This document shows, piece after piece, positions 13,521-28,002 of a DNA stretch of 64,000 nt. Numbering within the stretch: the first letter of the stretch is position 1; the number at the start of each line of letters is the position of its first letter. The position numbers and the translations under genes are program-made. Origin of the DNA: Octopus vulgaris (lineage: Eukaryota); NCBI GenBank assembly GCA_951406725.2, contig OX597830.1, forward strand, positions 70,742,001 through 70,806,000, read 5' to 3'. The notes under the pieces were generated by a model. The model saw nothing but the letters and a program-made list of their open reading frames with translations. It was not told where the DNA came from and searched no databases.

Positions 13521-13820
13521 CCTTTCTACTGGAGGCAAAGTCGACGTCGGCGGAATTTGAACTCAGAACGTAGCAGCAGACGAAATACCTCTTTCTTTTA
13601 CTACCCACAAGGGGCTACACATAGAGGGGACAAACACGGACAGACAAACTGATTAAGTCGATTACATCGATCCAGTGCATAACTGGTACTTATTTAATCG
13701 ACTCCGAAAGGATGAAAGGCAAAGTCGACCTCGGCGGAAGTTGAACTCAGAACGTAACGGCAGACGAAATACTGCAAAGCATTTCGCCCGGTGTGCTAAC
13801 GTTTCTGTCAGCTCGCCGCC

Positions 13821-13876
<56 letters not shown>

Positions 13877-14093
13877 CCTTTTTGTTATAGGCACAAGGCC
13901 TGAAATTTTGGTGGAGGGAGTTAGTCGGTTACATCAACTCAAGTGTTTCACTGGTACTAAATTTATTGACCCGACCCGAAAGGATGAAAGCAATGTCGAC
14001 CTCAGTGGAATTAGAACTCAGAACATAGCGACGGGTGAAATACCGCTAAGCATTTTCGTCCAGCGTGCTAACGATTTTCTGCCTCACTTAATA

Positions 14094-14197
<104 letters not shown>

Positions 14198-15007
14198 CGG
14201 GCACATACACTATAATCTCTGTCATTCTTATAGTTTAGATCTCATTTTCCGGATCGCAGATCGCCGCTTGTCAAAACTACGTGATAAATCTAATAACAAC
14301 AACAACAGCAACAACAACAACAACAACCAGAACAATTACAACAAATATGAAGAAGAAAACAACAGCAACGTTGATAAGAACAACAATAACAACAACAACA
14401 ACAGCATCATCACTTGCTACAACAACATGTATATAACAAATACATAATTAAATCATAGCAAGAAAACCAGAGTGAAAAAAAGAAAAGCCCTTTCGCGCAC
14501 ACAAATCATGATAGTTGATAAGAGAAGGGGAAGCTGGCCATATCAGCAATAAAGTGGCGGGGGGTGTGTCTATGTAGATTTAAGAGTAGGGAGCCAATCA
14601 GGGAGCTTGTTGGGGTTTAGTGAGCTATCCATTCAGCTGCTTCACACATAGATACATGCAGAGGCACAAGAACACACACACACACAAGGAGCCATGCACG
14701 CACGCACGCACACACACACACGTACACACACGCTCACACACATACGCACAGAGAAACGCACGCACGCACGCACACACACGTACACACACACACACATACC
14801 GCACACGCACACACACACGCACGGACACACGCGCTCGCATAGCTACACACACGCACGCAGACACATACACTACGCACGTACATTTATGTATTCATGTTTG
14901 CATACGCATATGTATATATGTATATATATATATATATATATACACATAAATACGTACGTACATTCATACATAAATACAAGCACACACACACACACACACA
15001 CACATAC

Positions 15008-15057
<50 letters not shown>

Positions 15058-15081
15058 ATATATATATAGAGAGAGAGAGAT

Positions 15082-15128
<47 letters not shown>

Positions 15129-15692
15129 TACATGTGTCTGTATGTACGTATATGTAAATATATATATATATACATATGCATACATATCAATATTTATGGG
15201 TATATGTGCGTGCATCTGCATACACACATGTACATGAAACTACGCAAACACACACACAAACATTGATTCGTATGTACATTCACACACACGGCAGAAATTA
15301 AAGCCCTATCATACATGCGCGCGCGCGCGCAAAGAAACAGACATCTTCACCACCGACACCACCACCAACAACAACGACAACAGCAATAACAATAACAATA
15401 TATACAACATATGAAAACGTTGTCCTCATAAATATGTCAGTATGTATGTGTAGGTACACACGGATGCATAAAATACACACGGCCATCTTTTATACACTCC
15501 ACTACTTATTCGCTCTTATACGATCACTGGACGGCAGCCATACTGAGCTTTTATTTTCAAGGTTGTATATTTTAATTTATTATTTATGTTATCGCAATCT
15601 ATTGGTCGAACCAGGGCCGGATTAAGTGCCATAGAGGCCTTAAGCACTTAGAAGATTTTGGCGCCTCTATATATACGTAATTTAAGATATAA

Positions 15693-16119
15693 ACTCTTTT
15701 ACTCTTTTACTTGTTTCAGTCATTTGACTGTGGACATGCTGGAGCACCGCCTTTAGTCGAGCAAATCGACCCCGGGACTTATTCTTTGTAAGCCTAGTAC
15801 TTATTCTATCGGTCTCTTTTGCTGAACCGCTAAGTTACGAGGATGTAAACACACCAGCATCGGCTGTCAAGCGATGTTGGAGGTGGGGACAAACACAGAC
15901 ACACAAACACACACGCACACACTTGCATACACACACACACATATATATATACATATATATGACGGGCTTCTTTCAGTTTTCGTCTACCAAATCTACTCAC
16001 AAGGTTTTGGTCGGCCCGAGGCTATAGTAGAAGACACTTGCCCAAGGTGCCACGCAGTGGGACTGAACCCGGAACCATGTAGTTGATAAGCAAGCTACTT
16101 ACCACACAGCCACTCCTAC
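15693..16119 (-). mobile_element. Full-length family A SINE
   Basis: tRNA head, internal CA/TA tract, (GAGTAAAA)n tail. Confidence 0.9.
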
Positions 16120-16189
16120 TCCTAAGCAACAATAAATCATAAAATGATATTTTACGTTTCAAACCTAACAGTAAGATGGAAAAATAAAC

Positions 16190-16400
16190 CTTTCTAATTA
16201 GGCTCAAGGCCTGCAATTTTTTGGGAGGAGACAAGTCGATTATATTGACCCCAATGTTTCACTGGTATTCAATTTATCGACCCGAATGGACGAAAGGCAG
16301 AGTCGACCTCGGGGGAATTTGAACTGAGAACGTAAAGACGGTCGAAATGTCACTAAACATTTAATCCGGCGGGCTATCGATTCTGCCAGCTCGGCGCCTT
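16190..16400 (-). mobile_element. Family D SINE
   Basis: Homologous to the 13.6 kb and 23.4 kb copies. Confidence 0.8.
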
Positions 16401-16864
16401 AGTAAGATGGAGAATAATGGTTATCCTTTGGCACTTCCACTTGAAATAAGTTTTTTAAAAAATTCTGCTTTTCTTAATTGCAAAGTCCTTGATCAGATCT
16501 TGTGTTCGTGAGCAAAATAATTCATTTCTCGCTGATGCAGTTTACTCCACTGAAAATGTGTAGCAGCAATCGTTGAGGGTAGCAGAGGGCTGTCATTCTT
16601 CTGAAGGGCATGCGGTCGCTTATACCACAGGGTAAATGGGATTTTTCCAGGCTCATCAAAATGTCCTACATAGTAAAGGTTTAAGATCTGAGAATAAATT
16701 ATTAGTAACAAATGGAACCCACCAATTGTGAAAGTTGTTAAGATAATTTATGGTCACCCAGTAAGATTGTCAATTGACAATTTGATAGCAGTCAAAATAG
16801 CTATTTCTTTACTGGAGATCTCAGTAAAAAAAGTTTTTTTTCTCCTATTTAAGACTACTTGGTG

Positions 16865-16908
<44 letters not shown>

Positions 16909-16911
<3 letters not shown>

Positions 16912-17025
16912 TAAAAATGGAGTTAACGCAGGTTTAAACAAGTATTTTTACTTTCTACATATGTTTCAAACATATGTAGAAAGTAAAAATATTTGTTTAA
17001 ACCTGCGTTAACTCCATTTTTATTC
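16909..17025. repeat. Fold-back palindrome, 58-bp arms, 1-nt centre
   Basis: Centre at 16967 (TACATATGTTT-C-AAACATATGTA), 1 mismatch; island continues to 17172, then (TA)n. Confidence 0.95.
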
Positions 17026-17171
17026 ATATTATTCAAATCTTCAACGTAAACACGAAGTTTCAACCTTTATAAACAAGGAGTTACAACATCTTTACTTGTG
17101 AGATTTTTGCTGCCCTGGTAACTATTCATTCATTTATCCGTGTTAATTGTTAACAAGGTAAAATACACTCA

Positions 17172-17244
<73 letters not shown>

Positions 17245-17311
17245 GACGCAATTCACTATGAACTAATTGTGGTTTCTGATTTACAGGTGTTTGAACTGAG
17301 TCAAGTGTGAA

Positions 17312-18260
17312 ATGGAGCTTGTTGAGTGTCGGGCAGTGATCCGCTTTTTATATTTGAAAGGACGCACACCACGGGAGACTTTTGATGAAATCAAAGTAAC
17401 TTATGGTGATGATGCCCCATCATATGACCTTGTAAAACGCTGGCATCGTGAATTCAAACATGGTCGGAACTCTGTGAAAACAGCTCCCAGATCTGGTCGC
17501 CCCCCTATTGATGAGGCATCTGTCCATCAAGTTGAGGCTGCCATTTTGGAAGATCGACGCATAACTATTCGCCAAATAGCCCATGAGATCGAGATTAGTA
17601 CTGGGTCTGTGGAAACCAATCATTCATGACCATTTGCATATGCAAACGGTGTCTGCCAGATGGATTCCCAGGTTGCTCACACCTTTCCGGAAGCAAGAAC
17701 GCGTCGAGTGCTCGAGGATGAATTTGGAGATGTGCCAAGAAGATGAGTCAAAATTTTTCAAAAGACTGATTACACAGGATGAAACCTGGGTCCATCACTA
17801 TGATCCAGAGACAAAAGCCCAGTCAATGCAGTGGAAGCACCGTGACTTACCTCCTCCAAAGAAGGCAAGGGTGCAGCCCTCCGCTAGCAAGATCATGCTC
17901 ACAGTCTTCTGGGACCAGGACGGAGTAGTGATGACAGATTTCCTGGTAAAGGGTACCACAATTACAGGAGCCTATTATGCTTCACTTTTGATGAAATTAA
18001 GAGAAGCTATCAAAATCAAGAGGCGGGGCAAGATCAGCAAAGGCATCCTCCTCCTGCAGGACAACGCTCCGGTCCACAACTCGATGGTCGCCAGATCAGA
18101 AACACAGGCGTGCGACTATGAACTCCTTCCCCATGCCCCTACTCTCTTGACCTTGCACCCTCTGATTTTCACCTCTTCCCAGCCATGAAGTTGTTTTTGA
18201 AAGGAAAGCGTTTCCCAGATGATGCAGCCTTGATTTCTGAAGTCACGTCGTAGTTGGAGG
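17312..18260 (+). pseudogene. Mariner DD34D transposase, frameshifted
   Basis: HTH N-terminus, RSGRP, WIPRLL, TQDETWVH, LLQDNAPVH, PYSLDLAPSDFHLF across three frames. Confidence 0.9.
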
Positions 18261-19190
18261 ACATTTCAGAGTGTTTGTCTGTTAATCTGAGGAGAGAGCA
18301 CAGGATTCGGAAAGAGCTGAATGAGTTTAGAGGTGATTCCGAAGGTACGGCAGCTCGAAAAGCTCACCCTGATCGTTCTGATAAGAAAAGAACTCCTGAA
18401 TTTGTTGGTGACATCGAGGCCATGATTGACAACGGTCCATCCAAGTCAATCAGGGCTATCTCCAGGGACATGGGAGTCTCTGAGTTTCTTAGCAGGCCGA
18501 TGGTGCATGAAGATATTCGGTATTCCACATACAGGATAAGAAAGAGTGAATTTTTATCCCAAGCCATGAAGGACAAGAGGAAAGACCGCGCTTCGAAGCC
18601 TTTAAACAAACTCAAGCATCTCCTCCAACCGAACATGTTTTGGTCTTTCTCAGACGAGAAAATCTTTTGCCAGGATCAGATGGTGAACACACAGAACAAC
18701 TGTTGGCTTACCGTGTCGCTAAAATATGTATCGAGAGTGATCAAACATACAGACAACATCATGGTGTTTGGAGTGATCACTAGTGGGGGCGACATTATGC
18801 TACCATTTATCATCCCACACAGCTTCAGACTCAACATGGAGATGTACATCAAGTGCCTGGAGGAGATAGTGCTGCCCTGGGTCAGGAGGGTGGCTGCTGA
18901 AAGATCTTGTGTCTGGCAACAGAATTCTGCACCATACCACACAAGCAACAGAACCCATTCATGGCTGTCAGACAATTTCTGCGACCAGATCACTTCTAAA
19001 TCTCGCCGGCTAACTCCCCACACTGCAACCCCCTTGATTATAATGTTGTGGGGCGCAGCTGAGTGAGAAAACAACAAAATTCCTCGTAACAGCAAAGATG
19101 AACTGAAGGCAAGGATTATTGGCAGCATTCACCAAATTAAAGAAGGAGACCGCCCAGAAGAGTTGCAGGGGTGCCGAAATCGTCTGGAGG

Positions 19191-19192
<2 letters not shown>
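18261..19192 (+). pseudogene. maT-like DD37D transposase remnant
   Basis: FSDEKIF, MVFGVITSGG, WQQ(N)SAPYH, then frameshifted NSPHCNPLDY; about 37 residues between second and third catalytic positions. Confidence 0.8.
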
Positions 19193-19247
<55 letters not shown>

Positions 19248-19474
19248 TATGTGTGAGTACGGATATATTTATAAATCAAACTCTCACTTTCCCTTCTATT
19301 TGCTACTTGATTAGCTCTTTATTCTTTCCTCCAAGATATCTATACAACTCCTGCTTACTGCCTATAAATAAGCGCTTCTTCCAAATGTAAATCCTGTGTT
19401 GTTTGATCCTCAGAAGAATTTCTATTGGGAAATATCTTATATCTTTATCCAAGATGAACAACATTGTAACTCCT

Positions 19475-19845
19475 AGGAGTGGCTGTGTGGTAAGTAGCTT
19501 GCTTACGAACCTCATGGTTCCGGGTTCAGTCCCATTGCGTGGCACCTTAGGCAAGTGTCTTCTACTATATCATCGGGTCAACCAAAGACTTCTGAGTGGA
19601 TTTGGTAGACGGAAACTGAAAGAAGCCCGTCGTATATATGTATGTGTGTGTATATGTTTGTGTGTTTGTGTTTGTTCCCCCAATATCGCTTGACAACCGA
19701 TGCTGGTGTGTTTACGTCCCCGTAACATAGCGGTTCGGCAAAAGACCTATAGGCTTACAAAGAGTAAGTCCTGGGGTCGATTTGCTCGACTAAAGGCGGT
19801 GCTCCAGCATGGCCGTAGTCAAATGACTGAAACAAGTAAAAGAGT
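19475..19845 (+). mobile_element. Family A SINE
   Basis: AGGAGTGGCTGTGTGGTAAG head to AAACAAGTAAAAGAG tail. Confidence 0.9.
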
Positions 19846-20127
19846 GAACGAGTATGTATAATAGTGAATAAATAATAGAAAAGCTATTTTCCAATTTCCT
19901 ATTTTGTTATGTGTGGGTGTGTGTGTGTGAATGAGTGTGTTTGTGTGTGAGCGTGTGTGTGCGTGAGTGAGTGTGTGTGTGTGTGCGGGAGTGTGTGTGA
20001 ATGAGTGTGTGCGAGTGTGTGTGTATGTCTTGATGTCTTAGTGTGTAACTGATCCAACCCCAAGTCCTTTTTAGAACTTTTTAATTGATGGGAGTATATA
20101 TACACAGATACAAACACACACGCGCAC

Positions 20128-20167
<40 letters not shown>

Positions 20168-20310
20168 TGCGGGCTTCTACACAGTTTCTGTCTAGCAGAT
20201 TCACTCACAAGGCATCGACCAGCACGCAGCTATAGTAGAAAGTGACGCGGAATAGGGCTGAACCCGAAACCTTACGTTTGCAAAACGATCATGTTTAATC
20301 ACATACACAG

Positions 20311-20311
<1 letters not shown>

Positions 20312-20360
<49 letters not shown>

Positions 20361-20385
20361 ACACACACACACACAGACACACACA

Positions 20386-20452
<67 letters not shown>

Positions 20453-20475
20453 ACACACACACACACAGACACACA

Positions 20476-20569
<94 letters not shown>

Positions 20570-20583
20570 CACACACGTACACA
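20312..20583. repeat. (CA)n microsatellite
   Basis: Direct reading. Confidence 0.95.
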
Positions 20584-21006
20584 AACATGCAACGCATACC
20601 GCAAACATAAGTGAAAAGAGAGATAAAAACGTCGGCCATGCTTGTGTTTTTCATTTCTTTTGGCAGGAGGTTTTACATCATCGGCCATTTTATTATTATA
20701 TATATGCTTAACTAGAGAGAGAGACAGATATAATAGTGTGCCTCGGTTTGGCAGGTTGTCAGGTTTTCAGGAATTTTTACAGTACCATATATATTATTTT
20801 CGACATACATTGATATCTATTGTCAATACACACGCACACACATACGTACGTATGCACACACATACACACATATATGCAAATGTAAGTATGCGTGTATATG
20901 CGTATAAATGTATATATATATATATGTGTGTGTGTATGTATGTGTTTTATATATATATATATATGTGTGTATGTATGTATATATATATATACATACATAC
21001 ATACAT

Positions 21007-21050
<44 letters not shown>

Positions 21051-21052
21051 GT

Positions 21053-21153
<101 letters not shown>

Positions 21154-21292
21154 TATATATATATATATATACATACATATAACGAACTAATATTCCGCAT
21201 GTGTGATATATACATATATATACACGTGATTTATCTATATTTGCATATGTATATCTGTGTGTGCGTTTGTGTGTGTGTGTGTTAGTGTGTTG

Positions 21293-21335
<43 letters not shown>

Positions 21336-22285
21336 TAGAGGAGAATGAAAAAGAGTAAAAGAATTACATACTTGACGATATTTTCATGAACCCAACTCTT
21401 GTTACCTCCCTTCCTTTTCCCCTCTGTCACTCTCATTCTGGTGTGTGCTTATGTGTTCACGTGTGTATATGCACGTATGTGTACGTGCGCGCGTGTATAT
21501 ATGTATGTCTCTGTGTGGAAATGAGCGTATATAATAAATACCAAAAAAAAAAAAAAGAAGTTTAATTTTAGCATAAGATCCTTCAGAGACCCAAACGGCG
21601 ATAAGACGACGATGATGGAGGGGGGGGGGGGGGGCAGCATTGTCAACTTCTCACCATGTAGATGTTTATCGTCTGCCAAAACTGGATGATTTCCGAATGA
21701 ACACAAAAGCATAAATCTAATCCACTTAACAGTCATTGCTATTTCATTGGAACATTCAAGATCGACTATAATTCGTAGATATTCTTGGGCGACATTTCCG
21801 TTTATCACATCTGAATATGTCATAAACATAACATCATTATTATTGCTTGTTGTTCTTGTGGTTTTTTTGTTGCTTCAATGGCGGTGCTGGTGGTTGTTGG
21901 TGGGGCTTATTGTAAAGCGTTATTGTTAGTCTTCTTATTGTATATGTTTTGTTAAATTTTCTTATTTATTGTTACTTTTATAGCCCGCTCTTGGGATTAC
22001 TGCAGAAAAATGACAAAAACTTAATGAAAATATCAAATATGGAACTTTAAAATAATAATAATGGTTTTAAATTTTGGCAGAAGACCTGGAATTTTGGTGT
22101 AAGTCGATTACATCGATCCTAGTGCTAAACTGGTGCTTATTTTATCAATTTCGAAAGGATAGAAAGTAAAGTGTACATCGGTGGTGTACATCGACCTCGA
22201 AAAGATAGAAGTGAAGTGTACATCGGCATCCTTTCTGAAAGCAGAAGGGGTGCCAGCGCGCTCACGGTTAATAATAATGATAATA

Positions 22286-22343
<58 letters not shown>

Positions 22344-22423
22344 TTTTGGCGCAAGGCCGGCAATTTCAGGGAGTGGTTGAGTCGATTTCATGTGGTGCTA
22401 ATTTTAAACCGAAAGGATGAAAT

Positions 22424-22835
22424 ACTCTTTTTACTCTTTTACTCTTTTACTTGTTTCAGTCATTTGACTGTGGCCATGCTGGAGCACCGCCTTTAGTTGA
22501 GCAAATCGACCCCAGGAGTTATTCTTTGTAAGCCTAGTACTTATTCTATCGGTCTCTTTTGCCGAACCGCTAATGTTACGAGGACGTAAACACGCCAGCA
22601 TCGGTTGTCAAGCGATGTTGGGGGGAACAAACACAGACATACAAACATATACACACACACATAACATATATACGACGGCCTTCTTTCAGTTTCCATCTAC
22701 CAAATCCACTCACAAGGCTTTGGTCGGCCCAATGATATAGTAGAAGACACTTGCCCAAGGTGCCATTCAGTGGGACTGATCCCGGAACCATGTGATTCGT
22801 AAGCAAGCTACTTACCACACAGCCACTCTTACGCC
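22424..22835 (-). mobile_element. Family A SINE
   Basis: Full head-to-tail match with other copies. Confidence 0.9.
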
Positions 22836-22840
22836 TGTTA

Positions 22841-23111
22841 TGAGTTACTACGATAAGTGTCAGGGGTTTTTCTCAGTGGGCCCAGTAGAAAATGGTAAAC
22901 AATTTGCAAGAAATTCTGTTTCTTCTCAATTTGGTAAACAATATGCAGAACTTCTGTTTTCAATTTGTGGTTAATCAATTTATGACTAAATAGAAGTACC
23001 TATATTATATGAGATTAATGGGATTTTGTAAAATTTCTTTCGTGCAGATTGTTCACCATTTTCTCCTGGGTCCACTGAAAAAAAAACCCTGACATTTATC
23101 GTAGTAACTCA
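22841..23111. mobile_element. MITE with ~70-bp imperfect TIRs
   Basis: TGAGTTACTACGATAAGTGTCAGGG... / ...CCCTGACATTTATCGTAGTAACTCA, flanked by TA. Confidence 0.8.
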
Positions 23112-23361
23112 TAATGTGTTACGTCCTAACTACCACTGATAATACTCTACCTCATTCCCGCCACAAGAGCGCCGATATTCAGGAAATTCATTACTTCCCA
23201 CAATTATCTCACTAAAATTCGTCCAATTTCACAAATCTCGGTGCCTGTGAAAGGCATGGGCACTACATCATCTCCTGACTGAACCATGTAAACGAACTTA
23301 ACGCTGAATGCCTTTGAATTTGAATCCAGTGATCAAGATCGTGTATCACGCTGAGCATACC

Positions 23362-23591
23362 TATTTCTTTATTACCCACAAGGGGCTAAACATAGAGGGG
23401 ACAAACAAGGACAGACATAGGTATTGAGTCGATTACATCGACCCCAGTGCGTAACTGGTACTTAATTTATCGACCCCGAAAGGATGAAAGGCAAAGTCGA
23501 CCTCGGCGGAATTTGAACTCACAACGTAACAGCAGACGAAATACCGCTAAGCATTTCGCCCGACGTGCTAACGTTTCTGCCAGCTCACCGC
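23362..23591 (-). mobile_element. Family D SINE with 11-bp TSD
   Basis: CTGAGCATACC at 23351 and 23592. Confidence 0.9.
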
Positions 23592-24564
23592 CTGAGCATA
23601 CCATGAACTAAATATATTTTCACTGTGCAACTGGTCAATGTATTTCATATATTGATGTTGAGTGCTTTTATAAACAATACATGGTATACTATGACATAGC
23701 TTACGTAATGCAGACGCCATATTGTCAGTTTACCAAATGATCAACAGTGTCTGTCCTACTATTTTCAGTGTTAAATTGGTATATGACTCTAACTGAAAAT
23801 AGGTACGGCATTTTCGAACTTAGTGCAGCAACAAATGATTACTTGAAGCATCGAATGAGCTCTAATGAGGCTGGAATGGAACACTTATGAGTCAACAGAT
23901 GAGCCATTACGTGCCAATGCAAAAATCCTTAATGAGTCAAGGAACATTCTTTAAGCCAATGATGTTCTTTATACGTTGACGATCGATTTGCTAAAATCTT
24001 AACAAAAATCGAAATTTATGAAATAATGTAGTCCATTATTTATCAAATAATGTAGTCTCTAACCGCCCCCGTACACTACCCCACAAAAACCAAACAAACA
24101 AACAAACAGACAAACATAATAGATACAAATGTGATGTTTTGATTAGAGATTTGCTCCACCAGGGACAACTCTGTCAGTTCTGAAAGTGGGAGCCAAGTGG
24201 AATTTATAAGTGTTTTCTTAAGGCTTCGCCTTCCTCGTGGTCATATAGAGATATATGACCTGTGGAATTATGTAGAATATTCTTCTTGCCAACTATACAT
24301 AAAGTTTTATGGTGAACGGACGTCAGAGCTTCTACTTGACCGGTCGACCTCCTAAAACTAGTGGTCAAATTTCTCTAGCATCGTACCCTACCATGGGAAA
24401 CGTACATAGTGTAATATATTCCTAGAGGCACCGTGTGCTTAAGATGAGACAGCATAGTTATAACTTGAACGCTCTCCATCAGGTGTCTGCTTCTTAGGAT
24501 TGGTCAACGACAAAACAAGAACGAAGACAAGAAGTTTTTTGAGAATCCTCTCAATTTATATGTA

Positions 24565-25133
24565 TTGGGTTGTCCGGAAAGTTCGTGCCGATTTATAGTA
24601 CCTTACCTTTCGACTTATCTTAGAACATGGTTGAGTCCATAAAACATGATTTGACTACACCTCCATTTAGAGCATAGTTTAAGCTATCTTTTCGTGGAAG
24701 AAGGTTTATGTTTCTATAACCTGTGTTAATTCTGTAACCCTTTAAAATGGAAGATAAGAAAGTTCATTTTCGGCACTTGATGCTTTGGGAACCAGACGAA
24801 AATTGCTGCAGCTCGGCTGGGATGTGTTACCCCCACCCTCCATATTCACCAGATATTGCTCCTTCGGATTTCCACTTATTCAGGTCTCTGCAGAATAGTC
24901 TTAATGGTAAAAATTTCAATTCCTTGGATGACATAAAAAGATAATTTGATGAATTCTTTGCCATGAAACCACCTCAATTCTGGGAAGAGGGTATTTTCAA
25001 GTTAAAGGAAAGATGGAGATGCATTATGCAACAAAATAGTTCATATTTGGTTGATTATGAAAATGTAATGGCAAGTATTTATTGACCTTTTTCTTTCCTT
25101 TAAAAATTGGCACGAACTTTCCGGACAACCCAA
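24565..25133 (+). mobile_element. Non-autonomous mariner deletion derivative
   Basis: 30-bp TIRs TTGGGTTGTCCGGAAAGTTCGTGCC..., TA TSD; MEDKKVHFRHLMLWE fused to a C-terminal part with HPPYSPDIAPSDFHLF. Confidence 0.92.
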
Positions 25134-26195
25134 TATTTTTATGTTCCGCTCATTAGGAAGTACTTATTCATTTTGATGTATTCCATACCTGACGACTCTG
25201 CGCCAATTTCAAATCCAGTTTAAGTAAAATTCTTTCACTTATTCCTTGTAAACAATGCCTGATTCCAGCCTGGAGTCTAGAGTCTGGAGATTGAATGGTT
25301 GGCTCGAACGGGAGCTGATAAGACTTTTATATGATATAAGACAGGCAAAAATAACAACACTCTACATTTTGCTTGTAGTCGAAATCAGTCTTCAGTGTTG
25401 ATACAACTACAGACTAAGCTACGCATTAAGGATTTCAAGAAGCAGTTTTTTTTTCCTTTAATTATTGGCAACCACTAACCCAGCCTTCCTTACTGTTTAT
25501 AGCTAAACATTTAAATGATGAAAGGACACAGGATACTGGCTTATTTCTTAAGAATATGGAAATAAAACACTTCAATGAAAGTAACACAAAGAGAGGGAAG
25601 GGGAATAGTGGTAGTGAACCATATGCGCAGACTGATAAAAAATATAAAGGAGTTGCTAAGGTATCCCCCACCACCAAAAATATCTATGCCCCCATTCCTT
25701 AAGATTAGGAATTGTATTACATTGACTTTCACAAAATATCTTACTCCAGGGATGTCCCAAACCATCAAAATATTCCTCAGTTTCAAAGAAGAAGTAGTGG
25801 TGTTGTTTTTTTTGTATTTTATGTATGTTATTTTGACGCTTTTTATTACTTTTTATTTGTCTTCCTTTTTCATGGAACTAGACGCCAAGAAACTGAAGAC
25901 ACCAGTGTAATATAACGTCCCCAGGGTGCCACCATATAGCCGTAGGGGGTGGATTATGCGTGTGTCTGTCTCTGTATGATGGTGGTGGTTGTGATGGTGG
26001 TGGTGGTTGGTATTTTGACTATACCAAACTGGTTCCGTATTCTTGACAATCCAAATGATACAAGTGAAAAAAAAAGACAAAAAAGAAAGAAAAGAAAGAG
26101 ATATAAGATCTTGAGATCTTTCTAGAACATTCTCTTGAAAGGTGTATAAGCATATCTAAGTATATCACCTACACATACTTACAGAAAATGAGAAT

Positions 26196-26441
<246 letters not shown>

Positions 26442-26514
26442 ATGTATGTATGCGTGTACGTGAACTAGTCCATTATTGTTACTGCTGTAAGCTTGTCTTT
26501 TCGCTTCTCTGTTA

Positions 26515-26545
<31 letters not shown>

Positions 26546-26570
26546 GAACACACACATACACGAACACACA

Positions 26571-26602
<32 letters not shown>

Positions 26603-27060
26603 TACACACATACACACTCACGGAATTTATATCAATTTAAATATTACAAAGCTTCACTGTGGGTAAAATAAGAATGTAAACATATTCTTTCTATGCTTTT
26701 GTTGTGCGGAAAACAAGTAGGAGGTAGTCGCCCGATGATGTACTCCAAAAAAGAGGTATCTAATTTCGTTCCCCAAACAATTGCATAGATATTTAACTCC
26801 CACTTGAAGCAGTCATAAATTTGGCTGACACCGTACTGGATACCTTAATTTACATATTTGCGCCTTAGATGAATTCTCTCTAATTAGACAACGTTAATGC
26901 TATGTAGATCACTGCGCAAATCAGCAGAAATGAAATAAATTTAAATAATAGGCTCAGGTTTGACTGTGTGATAAAAGATTACTACCCAACCACAAGGCTC
27001 CGAGTTCAGTTCCACTGCATGGCTCCTTGTTCAAGTGCTTTCTACTATAATCTCGGGCTG

Positions 27061-27108
<48 letters not shown>

Positions 27109-27111
27109 CGC

Positions 27112-27421
27112 GGAGGCGCAATGGCCTAGTGGTTAGAGCAGCGGACTCGCGGGCGTAGGATCACGGTTTCGATTCCCAGACCGGGTGTTGTGAGCGTTTA
27201 TTGAGCGACAACACCTAAAAGCTCCACGAGGCTCCGGCAGGGGTGGTGGTGAACCATGCTGTACTCTTTCGCCACAACTTTATCTCTCTCTTTCTTCTAT
27301 TGGTCTGCTCGCTTAGCCAGCGAGGTGGCGTCATTTGAAGACTAAAATAATGCGAAGCGCATTGTGACCAGCAATGTGTTGCAACATTTGATAGCCTAGT
27401 TGGTCACGGTGATCACGGTGA
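27112..27421 (+). mobile_element. Family B SINE, tail type 4
   Basis: Family B head; distinct tail ending (CACGGTGAT)2. Confidence 0.85.
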
Positions 27422-27429
27422 TATATATG

Positions 27430-27525
<96 letters not shown>

Positions 27526-27547
27526 CATACACGCATACAGAAAAACA

Positions 27548-27631
<84 letters not shown>

Positions 27632-28002
27632 CGTATATACTTAAAAAAAAATTTATTAAATCTAATGATTTTGTTCGATAAAATTGAAAGTAAATTAGAA
27701 CCTCCCGTTGATCGAAAATCCAGACCAATTCATAGACCCTGCTTTCCGTTGAAGGGCGTTGTTGTCCAATCTGTCTAGTCTAGAAAATGTATTAGTTATC
27801 TTAATATGAATAATGTTTGAGTTGATAGTGACCCCTGCAATGGAATAATCCAACGCAGAATGCACCCTACATTTTAAATATGGCTTTTAATGCAAGAGGA
27901 GCAAGAAGGTTAGTAGCAAAAATTGGAGTAGCGCTATTTGCAATCTTTTGAAAAATAAATGGCAATTTAATCCACGAACACACGAAAATAATTTTAAAGA
28001 AA

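Larger units (their letters stand above)
11560..14090 (-). mobile_element. Cluster of about 8 co-oriented family D SINEs, mostly separated by (TAA)n
   Basis: Repeated GAAAGGATGAAAGGCAAAGTCGACCTCGGCGGAATTTGAACTCAGAACGTA-like bodies near 11.6, 11.7, 12.2-12.8, 12.9, 13.1, 13.3, 13.6 and 13.9 kb. Confidence 0.8.

Noticed and set aside
21449-21829. 126-aa ORF as a host exon
   Set aside because: No recognisable domain; runs through G and A homopolymers and microsatellite
25575-25910. 111-aa ORF
   Set aside because: No motif recognised; low-complexity 3' half
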